This document shows positions 37,770 through 45,930 of a stretch of 64,000 nt of DNA, piece after piece (position 1 is the stretch's first letter; each line of letters opens with the position of its first letter). The position numbers and the translations under genes are program-made. The notes beneath the pieces are model-generated. The model did not search any database. It was given only the letters and a program-made list of their open reading frames with translations, and had not been told where the DNA came from. This DNA is from a virus (Duplodnaviria > Caudoviricetes), in IMG/VR virus record IMGVR_UViG_3300002835_000006. The stretch is one strand, 5' to 3'.

Positions 37770-37771
37770 TA

Positions 37772-37795
37772 AAAAGGGACCGATTGGTCCCTTTT
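37772..37795 (+). terminator. Rho-independent terminator
   Basis: AAAAGGGACC-GATT-GGTCCCTTTT, a perfect 10-bp stem. Confidence 0.8.
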
Positions 37796-37798
37796 AAA

Positions 37799-37830
37799 TT
37801 TGACATATAGGGAAATCCCAATTATATTTG
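37799..37830 (+). promoter_or_regulatory. Bacteroidota housekeeping-sigma promoter (TTTG-N20-TATATTTG)
   Basis: Exact match to the -33 TTTG / -7 TAnnTTTG consensus, upstream of the SSB gene. Confidence 0.75.
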
Positions 37831-37854
37831 CTAAACAATCTAAATTTATAAAAA

Positions 37855-38700
37855 ATGAGTAATGTATTAGACGCCGTATTGGCACAGTATGAAAAAAATC
37901 AAATGGGCGGGGCCCAATCGAAAATGTCGCAAGACGAAAGAATGAAAAAGTATTTCGCTTTAATCCTTGGTGATAAAGAGAAATCAGGTCAGAGAAGAGT
38001 GAGAATTCTTCCTACCACAGATGGTTCCTCACCATTCAAAGAGGCTTGGTATCATGAAATCCAAGTAGGTGGTCAATGGCAGAAGTTCTATGACCCAGGA
38101 AAAAATGACAACGAACGTTCACCTTTGAACGAAGTTTACGAAGAGTTGATGGCAACAGGTAAGGAATCCGATAAGGAACTTGCAAAGCAATACAAATCTC
38201 GTAAGTTTTACATCGTTAAAGTTATCGACCGTGATAACGAAGCTGACGGTCCAAAGTTTTGGAGATTTAAACACAACTATAAGAATGAGGGTATTCTTGA
38301 CAAGATTATTCCCATTTGGAGAAACAAGGGTGATATTACAGATGCTGAAAAAGGTCGTGACCTAATCATCGAGTTGGCTAAATCTAAAACTCCAAAAGGA
38401 AAAGAGTATACAACTGTTTCAGCAATCATGTACGACGACCCAACACCTGTTCATACAGATAAAGACCAAGCTAACGAGTGGGTAAATGATGAGTTGTCTT
38501 GGACTGATGTATATAGTAAAAAACCTGTAGAGTATCTTGAAGCAATCGCACAAGGTAAAACACCAAAGTGGGATAACGAAAAAGGTGGATATGTCTACGG
38601 TGATGATGAAGTATCTGAAACCTCAATTGGTGGTTCCAAGTCTTCTAAAGTTACTGACCCACAAGCTGACGCTGAAGCTGACACTGATTTACCATTCTAA
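37855..38700 (+). CDS. Single-stranded DNA-binding protein (T4 gp32-like)
   Basis: RVRILP...PF.E.W.H and FYIVKVIDR motifs; acidic tail ending DLPF; first gene of the replication block. Confidence 0.8.
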   Translation: MSNVLDAVLAQYEKNQMGGAQSKMSQDERMKKYFALILGDKEKSGQRRVRILPTTDGSSPFKEAWYHEIQVGGQWQKFYDPGKNDNERSPLNEVYEELMATGKESDKELAKQYKSRKFYIVKVIDRDNEADGPKFWRFKHNYKNEGILDKIIPIWRNKGDITDAEKGRDLIIELAKSKTPKGKEYTTVSAIMYDDPTPVHTDKDQANEWVNDELSWTDVYSKKPVEYLEAIAQGKTPKWDNEKGGYVYGDDEVSETSIGGSKSSKVTDPQADAEADTDLPF

Positions 38701-38709
38701 TTTTATAAC

Positions 38710-38740
38710 AAGGGCGGGTCAAACCGCCCTTATATTTTTT
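38710..38740 (+). terminator. Rho-independent terminator
   Basis: AAGGGCGG-GTCAAA-CCGCCCTT followed by a T-rich tract. Confidence 0.8.
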
Positions 38741-38744
38741 TATA

Positions 38745-38957
38745 ATGACATTCAAAGTAAAAGAACATCCGAAAAAAGTTTTCGAAGCCGTCACCTACGA
38801 TTTTACAATAATAGATAAAAACGGAAAAGAACTTCAACTCAGAAAATGGGAAGACTCTAATGGTGGTGGGTATTTTATTTTCGAGAATGAAGATTGGCTT
38901 GAGTTTCACCCCGATGAAGAATTGGACGATTTTATAACATACGATTTAGACTTTTAA
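38745..38957 (+). CDS. Hypothetical protein (70 aa)
   Basis: Fills the gap between the terminator and recA. Confidence 0.55.
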   Translation: MTFKVKEHPKKVFEAVTYDFTIIDKNGKELQLRKWEDSNGGGYFIFENEDWLEFHPDEELDDFITYDLDF

Positions 38958-38959
38958 TT

Positions 38960-39961
38960 ATGGCAATCAAGAAAAACGATTTTAGTAATCTGAAAAAGAA
39001 GTTCTCAACTTCTGCAAAATATAAACCCCAAAGATTTTTGGACTTAGGTGCCGATTTCTTGGATGCCGTTGGTTTACCTGGTCCTGCTATTGGACATATC
39101 AATATGTTTTTGGGTCACTCAGATACAGGTAAAACAACTGCAGCAATCAAAGCTGCTGTAGATGCTCAAAAGAAAGAAATCTTACCTGTGTTCATCATTA
39201 CAGAACAGAAGTGGAGTTTTGACCATGCTAAACTCATGGGGTTCCAATGTGACGAGGTTGTTGACACCGAAACAGGTGAGTTGGATTGGGACGGATTCTT
39301 TCTATTCAATAACAACTTCAGCTACATAGAACAAATCACCGATTACATCAATCAACTATTGGATGCTCAAGAAAAAGGGGAATTGAACTATAGCCTATGT
39401 TTCATTTGGGATTCTGTAGGTTCAGTACCTTGTAAGATGACCTATGAGGGTAAAGGTGGTAAACAACACAACGCATCCGTTTTATCCGATAAAATCGGAA
39501 TGGGTATCAACCAAAGAATTTCTGGTTCAAGAAAAGCGGATACCGAATATGAAAATACATTGATTATCATAAATCAACCTTGGGTTGAATTACCGGACAA
39601 TCCTTTCGGACAACCGAAGATTAAAGCTAAAGGTGGTGAATCTGTTTGGTTGAACTCGTCTTTGGTATTTTTGTTCGGAAATCAGAAAGGTGCTGGAACT
39701 ACAAAAATTACTGCGACAAAAGACAAACGTTCCGTTAAATTTGCCGTTAGGAGTAAGATATCTGTAATGAAAAACCACATCAACGGACTCGGATTCGATG
39801 ATGGGAAAATTATTGTAACACCTCATGGGTTTTTGGCGGGTAAAGATTCAACAGAAGAAAAAGCATCTATCGAAGCATACAAAAAAGAATATGCCGACTA
39901 TTGGAAGGATATTATTGGTGCTGAAGGAGATTTCACTTTGACCGAAGAGAAAGAAGAGTAA
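38960..39961 (+). CDS. recA: RecA/UvsX-like recombinase
   Basis: Walker A GHSDTGKTT, FIWDSVG, IINQ and GG.......S motifs. Confidence 0.85.
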   Translation: MAIKKNDFSNLKKKFSTSAKYKPQRFLDLGADFLDAVGLPGPAIGHINMFLGHSDTGKTTAAIKAAVDAQKKEILPVFIITEQKWSFDHAKLMGFQCDEVVDTETGELDWDGFFLFNNNFSYIEQITDYINQLLDAQEKGELNYSLCFIWDSVGSVPCKMTYEGKGGKQHNASVLSDKIGMGINQRISGSRKADTEYENTLIIINQPWVELPDNPFGQPKIKAKGGESVWLNSSLVFLFGNQKGAGTTKITATKDKRSVKFAVRSKISVMKNHINGLGFDDGKIIVTPHGFLAGKDSTEEKASIEAYKKEYADYWKDIIGAEGDFTLTEEKEE

Positions 39962-39962
39962 T

Positions 39963-40364
39963 ATGGTAAACATTCCTGTAAGCGTCGGTGAACTAATTGA
40001 TAAGTTATCAATTCTTCAAGTTAAAAAGAATAAAATCTCAAATCCTGAAAAATTAGATTACATCAATAAAGAATTTGAACTTCTTTATAATTTATCTTCG
40101 GAGTATTTGAACAATTTGATAATTAAAAACTTATATCATAATCTAGTCAGTACTAATTCAAATTTATGGGAAATTGAAGATATCTTGAGAATATTAGAAA
40201 AAGAAGGTAAGTTCGAAGATGAATTTATCAATTTGGCGAGAAAAGTTTATTTCACTAACGACAAAAGATTCGATTTGAAAAATCAAATCAATTCTATAAC
40301 TTCGTCAGAAATCAGAGAAGTTAAAGAATATGTGGACTACAGAAAGGAAAACAATCACCTCTAA
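39963..40364 (+). CDS. DUF6165-like protein
   Basis: PVSVGELIDKLSIL..K, LWEIED and LARKVYFTND.R..LK..IN motifs. Confidence 0.65.
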   Translation: MVNIPVSVGELIDKLSILQVKKNKISNPEKLDYINKEFELLYNLSSEYLNNLIIKNLYHNLVSTNSNLWEIEDILRILEKEGKFEDEFINLARKVYFTNDKRFDLKNQINSITSSEIREVKEYVDYRKENNHL

Positions 40365-40373
40365 ATCAAATAT

Positions 40374-41372
40374 GTGCCTAAGACTTTATTAGTAGATGGT
40401 GACAACCTTTTCAAGATTGGTTTTCACGGAGTCAAAGAACTTTATAACGATGGTTCTCACATAGGAGGGGTATACCATTTCATCAACACTATCCGGAAAT
40501 TTCTTGAAGAACACAATCATGACAAAGTTATAGTATTTTGGGACGGAGATTCGAACTCATCCGTAAGGAAAGGTTTGTATCCTCAATATAAAGGAAACCG
40601 TCGCCAAGATATGAATGAGTACAAATACGAATCTTACCTACAACAAAAGGCTAGAGTAAAGATGTATTTGGAGGAGGTTTTCGTCCGACAGGTTGAAATG
40701 AAAGATAATGAAGCCGATGACCTAATAGCTTACTATTGTCAAATTGCGACCGATGAAGACATTATAATCTTCTCAGCAGACAAAGACCTCACCCAACTTA
40801 TAAGTCAAAGAGTGACTATCTATTCACCTGTGGCAAAGAGGTATTTTAAGAATGGAGATAAGATAACAATCAACAAGGTTGACATCCCACATTATAACAT
40901 CACTGTTACAAAAATATTCACAGGAGACAAATCAGACAATATTGACGGTATTGAAGGTTTGGGAGAAAAAACTTTGGTTAAACTTTTTCCGTTTATGCTT
41001 GAAAAACCATGCACTATCCAAGAAATATTGGATTATGCACGAAATATCCAACAAAAGAAATTACCAAAATCTTTAGAAAATATTTTGACAGGACGGACCA
41101 AAAGTGGTATACTTGGAGAAGAGTTTTACGTTGTGAATCAAATGATTGTTGACCTTCATAATCCCCTCATAAACCAAGAAGGTAAACAACTTGTTGAACA
41201 GATTCATACCGATACCATGGACCCTACTGACCGAGGTTATAAAAACCTTATGAGGCTGATGATGGAAGACGGCCTATTTAAATACCTACCTAAAAACGAC
41301 GAAGCGTGGGTAAACTTCCTAAAACCATTTATGAAACTAACAAGAAAAGAAAAACGAAACACAAAAAAATGA
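40374..41372 (+). CDS. 5'-3' exonuclease / RNase H (Pol I N-terminal, FEN-like)
   Basis: LLVDGDN, VFWDG, YKGNR, EADDLI, SADKDL and GDKSDNIDGI.G.GEKT motifs. Confidence 0.9.
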   Translation: MPKTLLVDGDNLFKIGFHGVKELYNDGSHIGGVYHFINTIRKFLEEHNHDKVIVFWDGDSNSSVRKGLYPQYKGNRRQDMNEYKYESYLQQKARVKMYLEEVFVRQVEMKDNEADDLIAYYCQIATDEDIIIFSADKDLTQLISQRVTIYSPVAKRYFKNGDKITINKVDIPHYNITVTKIFTGDKSDNIDGIEGLGEKTLVKLFPFMLEKPCTIQEILDYARNIQQKKLPKSLENILTGRTKSGILGEEFYVVNQMIVDLHNPLINQEGKQLVEQIHTDTMDPTDRGYKNLMRLMMEDGLFKYLPKNDEAWVNFLKPFMKLTRKEKRNTKK

Positions 41373-41830
41373 AAAACATGAAAGAACACGACAGCATCAA
41401 GATGGAATTTTTGTTGACCCTGAACGACAACATCGTCGTCCAAAGATTCTTCAACGTCAAAGGTTTCAACCCTGAAGCAAAAAACTCTACCGAGTTTTAT
41501 CATTTCATCAAATCCTTATCCGAGGAGCTACAGTATTACCTCAAAATGAAAACAGTTATCTATATGATGGATAACATGGAGGCAATCATTCATGACCCCA
41601 AGATTATGGATACGTCTTTTACCGAGGGTCCTGAAAACTTCTATCTTTCTGTGAAAGTAGGAGACCAGACAATTTGTCAGAGAATTTTCGATGGAAAAAA
41701 GTTTCCACCCAAAGTTCGTTACACCGTTGACGTAAGACCATATTTGAAGGATGTTCTTAAAGAACTGACTGACATTTTTTCAAATTCCGAATTATCTTAC
41801 GAATATTGCGGAATTGATTTGAGAGATTGA
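41369..41830 (+). CDS. Conserved hypothetical protein in the replication block
   Basis: ATG at 41369 overlaps the exonuclease stop (ATGA) and is preferred over the track start at 41306. Confidence 0.65.
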   Translation: MKNMKEHDSIKMEFLLTLNDNIVVQRFFNVKGFNPEAKNSTEFYHFIKSLSEELQYYLKMKTVIYMMDNMEAIIHDPKIMDTSFTEGPENFYLSVKVGDQTICQRIFDGKKFPPKVRYTVDVRPYLKDVLKELTDIFSNSELSYEYCGIDLRD

Positions 41831-41863
41831 TATTTAAAATAAGAGGGGATATTTTCTTTGGCT

Positions 41864-43243
41864 ATGAACAAAAACTTTGACTACTTAGGTAACACGTTTC
41901 AAATACAACTTATCAACCAACTAATAGAGGATAAAGACTTTGCATCCTCAATTGTCGACGTTCTTGAGCCATCGTATTTTGACAACAAGTATTTTAAAAT
42001 CATCATTCAGATGATTAAAGAATATCATTCAAAGTATGAAGCTTCTCCTAACTTTGAAACAATTGAACAGATTGTAAGGGCTGAAGTCACCCAAGAATTG
42101 GTTGTCAAAATTGTTTTGGATACTTTAAAACAAATCAAAGATGCACCAGTTGAAGGGGCTCAGTTTGTTCAAGAGAAAGCTTTGAAATTCTGTAAACAAC
42201 AAGAGTTGAAAAAGGCTATGGACAGAGCTCAGAAAATCATCACTGAAGGTGACTTTGAGTCTTATGACAAAGTTGAGGGTTTAGTAAGAGAAGCTCTTCA
42301 AGTTGGAGAAGTTGAAAAGAATGTTACAGATATTTTCTCAGGTTTGGATACTGTTTTGGAAGATGATTACAGACATCCAATTCCTATGGGAATAACAGGT
42401 ATTGATAGATTGTTAAAGGGTGGATTAGCCAAAGGTGAGATTGGGGTCATACTTGCACCCACTGGTGTTGGTAAGACCACAATCCTCACTAAAATAGCCA
42501 ATACCGCATTTAATCACGGTTATAACGTTTTACAAATCTTTTTTGAAGACAATCCAAAAATTATTCAGAGAAAACACTTCACCATTTGGACAGGCGTTGA
42601 ACCTGACAAATTAGCCGAACACAGAGAAAAAGTAATGGATAAAATCTCAGAGATTCAAGATACAATGAAGAACAAATTGATTCTCAAGAAATTGGCTTCA
42701 GACACTGTAACTATGAATCATATCAAAAATCAGGTGAGAAAAATGATTGCTGAGGGAAATAAAATTGATTTGATTCTATTAGATTACATAGATTGTGTTC
42801 TACCTGAACAAAGTGCTAAAGACGAATGGAAGGCCGAAGGTTCAATTATGAGGGCATTCGAAGCCATGTGTCACGAATTAAATCTTGTGGGATGGACTGC
42901 AACCCAAGGAAATAGAAGTTCAATTTCATCTGAAGTTGTTACAACAGACCAAATGGGTGGTTCAATCAAGAAAGCACAAGTAGGCCACGTTATTATTACT
43001 GTGGCAAAGACATTACAACAAAAAGAGATGAACCTTGCAACAATAGCCATCACTAAATCTCGTCTTGGTAAAGACGGGGTTGTTTTCGAGAACTGTAAAT
43101 TCAATAATGAATTACTTGAAATCGACACTGAATCATCAATCACATTCCTAGGATTTGAAGAGCAACAAGAAGAAAGAAAAAGAGATAGGGTCAAAGAACT
43201 GTTGGAGAAAAGAAAACAACGTGAACAACAAAAAAGTCCCTAA
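41864..43243 (+). CDS. dnaB: DnaB-like replicative helicase (T4 gp41-like)
   Basis: APTGVGKTT, LDYID, WTATQGNR and KSRLG motifs. Confidence 0.9.
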   Translation: MNKNFDYLGNTFQIQLINQLIEDKDFASSIVDVLEPSYFDNKYFKIIIQMIKEYHSKYEASPNFETIEQIVRAEVTQELVVKIVLDTLKQIKDAPVEGAQFVQEKALKFCKQQELKKAMDRAQKIITEGDFESYDKVEGLVREALQVGEVEKNVTDIFSGLDTVLEDDYRHPIPMGITGIDRLLKGGLAKGEIGVILAPTGVGKTTILTKIANTAFNHGYNVLQIFFEDNPKIIQRKHFTIWTGVEPDKLAEHREKVMDKISEIQDTMKNKLILKKLASDTVTMNHIKNQVRKMIAEGNKIDLILLDYIDCVLPEQSAKDEWKAEGSIMRAFEAMCHELNLVGWTATQGNRSSISSEVVTTDQMGGSIKKAQVGHVIITVAKTLQQKEMNLATIAITKSRLGKDGVVFENCKFNNELLEIDTESSITFLGFEEQQEERKRDRVKELLEKRKQREQQKSP

Positions 43244-43290
43244 TTAAATATCTACTTTTTTCAAAAAAAACTTATTTTTTTTTAATTAAA

Positions 43291-43323
43291 TTTGTGGTCG
43301 GTTCATCGCCGACCATATATTTA
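43291..43323 (+). promoter_or_regulatory. Bacteroidota-like promoter (TTTG-N21-TATATTTA) with a palindrome filling the spacer
   Basis: TGGTCGG-N7-CCGACCA at 43295-43315 spans the whole spacer, upstream of the RNR gene. Confidence 0.55.
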
Positions 43324-43377
43324 ATAAGAAAATCACCGATTTTTTAAATAAAATCATTTTACAAAAAAATTACAAAA

Positions 43378-45240
43378 ATGGACATTTCAAACAGAATTTT
43401 ATCAGACATCACGGTGTACATGAAGTATGCAAAGTACATCCCTGAGTTAAAGAGAAGAGAGACTTGGCAAGAGTTAGTAACAAGAAACATGGAGATGCAC
43501 ATCAAAAAGTATCCCCAATTAGAAAAAGAAATCCGTGAGAACTACATGTATGTTTACAAGAAACAAGTTCTCCCATCGATGAGGTCAATGCAGTTCGCAG
43601 GAAAACCAATCGAAATCTCACCAAACAGAATTTACAACTGTGCATACGCACCCGTAGACGATTGGAGAGTATTCTCTGAAATCATGTTCTTATTACTTGG
43701 AGGTACAGGGGTTGGTTATTCCGTACAAAATCATCACGTTGAACAACTTCCCGAAATTAGAAAACCAAGTAAGGATAGAGGTAGAAGATGGTTAGTTGCA
43801 GATTCTATTGAAGGATGGGCTGACGCTGTAAAAGTATTGGTTAAATCCTATTTTTATGGAGGTTCTCACATTCAGTTTGATTTCAGTGACATCAGACCAA
43901 AAGGGGCTCGGTTGGTAACCTCAGGTGGTAAAGCACCTGGACCTCAACCCCTCAAAGAGTGTCTTATAAAACTCGAAGGAATTTTGGATTCCAAGTCAGA
44001 TGGTGAAAAACTAAGAGCTATTGAAGTTCATGATATGGTATGTCATATTGCTGACGCTGTATTGGCTGGTGGTATCAGAAGAGCGGCACTTATTTCATTA
44101 TTTTCCGCAACAGATGAGGAAATGATTGGTTGTAAGAGTGGTTCTTGGTGGGAACATAACCCTCAAAGAGGACGAGCTAATAATTCCGCAGTACTAATGA
44201 GACACAAGATTACCAAAGACTATTTTATGGACCTTTGGAAAAGAATCGAGGCTAGTGGTGCGGGAGAACCTGGAATCTACTTGAGTAACGATAAAGATTG
44301 GGGAACAAACCCATGTTGTGAAATTGCTCTAAGACCTTTCCAATTCTGTAATCTTACAGAGGTAAACGTATCGAATGTTGTATCACAGGAAGATTATGAG
44401 GACAGAGTAAAGGCTGCAACATTTATTGGAACCCTACAAGCAGGATATACTGATTTCCATTATCTTAGACCTATTTGGCAAAGAACAACAGAGAAAGATG
44501 CTTTGATTGGAATTTCAATGACAGGTATTGGTTCAGGAGCTGTGTTGGGTTTAAATATGAAAGCAGCGGCGAAAGTTGTTAAAGAAGAAAATAAAAGAGT
44601 TGCTGACGTTATTGGTATCAACCCTGCAGCGAGAACAACAACAGTTAAACCAGCAGGTACAACTTCACTTACATTAGGTACATCATCAGGAATCCATGCT
44701 TGGCACAATGATTATTATATAAGAAGGGTTAGAGTTGGTAAAAATGAATCAATCTATTCTTACTTAAAAGATAATCACTCAGAGTTAGTTGAGGATGAAT
44801 ATTTCAGACCACACGATACTGCAGTAATTGGTATTCCACAAAAAGCACCCGAAGGGTCAATCCTGAGAAACGAATCACCAATTCAACTTCTTGAAAGAGT
44901 AAAAAGAGTTCAACAAGAGTGGATTAAACCAGGTCACAGAAGTGGTTCAAATGCTCACAACGTATCTGCAACAGTTTCCATTCGTGAACACGAGTGGCCT
45001 GCTGTAGGAGAGTGGATGTGGGAGAATAAAGAGTATTATAATGGATTATCGGTATTACCATACGATGGAGGAACTTATATTCAAGCACCATTCGAAGATT
45101 GTTCGAAAGAAAAATACGAGGAGTTGATGAAAACGTTACACGACGTGGATTTATCAAAAATAGTAGAAGTAGATGATAATACAGACTTATCAGGCGAAGC
45201 GGCTTGTGCCGGTGGAGCTTGTGAAGTAAAATTTGTCTAA
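43378..45240 (+). CDS. nrdJ: Class II (AdoCbl-dependent, monomeric RTPR-type) ribonucleotide reductase
   Basis: LPSMRSMQFAG, YNC, DSIEGW, DFSDIRP.G, TNPCCEI, CNL, VKPAGT and C-terminal CAGGAC; no class I beta subunit gene nearby. Confidence 0.9.
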   Translation: MDISNRILSDITVYMKYAKYIPELKRRETWQELVTRNMEMHIKKYPQLEKEIRENYMYVYKKQVLPSMRSMQFAGKPIEISPNRIYNCAYAPVDDWRVFSEIMFLLLGGTGVGYSVQNHHVEQLPEIRKPSKDRGRRWLVADSIEGWADAVKVLVKSYFYGGSHIQFDFSDIRPKGARLVTSGGKAPGPQPLKECLIKLEGILDSKSDGEKLRAIEVHDMVCHIADAVLAGGIRRAALISLFSATDEEMIGCKSGSWWEHNPQRGRANNSAVLMRHKITKDYFMDLWKRIEASGAGEPGIYLSNDKDWGTNPCCEIALRPFQFCNLTEVNVSNVVSQEDYEDRVKAATFIGTLQAGYTDFHYLRPIWQRTTEKDALIGISMTGIGSGAVLGLNMKAAAKVVKEENKRVADVIGINPAARTTTVKPAGTTSLTLGTSSGIHAWHNDYYIRRVRVGKNESIYSYLKDNHSELVEDEYFRPHDTAVIGIPQKAPEGSILRNESPIQLLERVKRVQQEWIKPGHRSGSNAHNVSATVSIREHEWPAVGEWMWENKEYYNGLSVLPYDGGTYIQAPFEDCSKEKYEELMKTLHDVDLSKIVEVDDNTDLSGEAACAGGACEVKFV

Positions 45241-45428
45241 TGAAAAAAAATGATAAAAATAAAGGGGAGAAGTCAGAAAAACTTCTCCCTTTGTATTATA
45301 GCGAAGGTGACAGAATAATTTTCACAGAAGAGTTCCATATTCGAAGGGGACAATGTTGTGGGAATGGATGTAGACACTGTCCATATGACCCTAAGTGGAA
45401 AAAGGGTAATACTTTAATAAAAAAATAA
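45240..45428 (+). CDS. DUF5522-like small Cys-rich protein
   Basis: FTEEFHIRRGQCCGNGCRHCPY; TAATG coupling to nrdJ. Confidence 0.7.
   Translation: MKKNDKNKGEKSEKLLPLYYSEGDRIIFTEEFHIRRGQCCGNGCRHCPYDPKWKKGNTLIKK
45262..45296 (+). terminator. Terminator-like hairpin inside the DUF5522-like ORF
   Basis: GGGAGAAGT-N7-ACTTCTCCC (9 perfect bp, extendable to 12) followed by TTTGTATT. Confidence 0.6.
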
Positions 45429-45436
45429 TCAAAGTA

Positions 45437-45443
45437 TATTTAT
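45437..45443 (+). promoter_or_regulatory. TATTTAT candidate late promoter
   Basis: 5 nt before the gp25-like ATG; marks the return from replication genes to structural genes. Confidence 0.6.
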
Positions 45444-45448
45444 GGGAT

Positions 45449-45925
45449 ATGGCAGACGGAACAACCTATGGTATAAAATTCCCATTCAACGATTCTTTCA
45501 GAGGGGACTTTCTTGAGCTGACTGAGTATACCTCTCAACAAATAAGAGCTGATTTAATTCATCTTATTCTGACGAGGAAGGGTTCTAGATATTATTTACC
45601 TGAATTCGGAACTAGAATATACGAATTCGTTTTCGAACCTTTGGACGGTTTGACATTCCAAGCTATAGAGTCAGATATAAGAGATGCGATACAAAGATTT
45701 ATGCCAAATTTATTGGTGAATCAAATTACCATCGAACCGGCTGATGAATCTATGGAGGTCAACATGGAAATGGGTCAAATAACTGCGGATGAAACTGCAA
45801 GACTTTATGATGTTTACAGACTACCTGGAAGGGGTACAGCCGAGTATACTGCAAAAATAAAAATAGATTATTCCACAAATGCTCAAACATTTGCCGAAAG
45901 TGATTTTATAATTATCAATATTTAA
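45449..45925 (+). CDS. Baseplate wedge / sheath initiator (T4 gp25-like)
   Basis: YGIKFPF, LILTRKGSRYYLPEFGT and I...I..F.P motifs. Confidence 0.9.
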   Translation: MADGTTYGIKFPFNDSFRGDFLELTEYTSQQIRADLIHLILTRKGSRYYLPEFGTRIYEFVFEPLDGLTFQAIESDIRDAIQRFMPNLLVNQITIEPADESMEVNMEMGQITADETARLYDVYRLPGRGTAEYTAKIKIDYSTNAQTFAESDFIIINI

Positions 45926-45930
45926 AAATA

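Noticed and set aside
43244-43377. Cobalamin riboswitch or NrdR box upstream of nrdJ
   Set aside because: The gap is only 134 nt and extremely AT-rich with no B12-box. The ATATAT-containing stretch matches only half of the NrdR consensus.
6830-45240. Inteins or introns in the polymerase, helicases or RNR
   Set aside because: Motifs are contiguous at normal spacing, and I saw no intein splice-junction or LAGLIDADG motifs.
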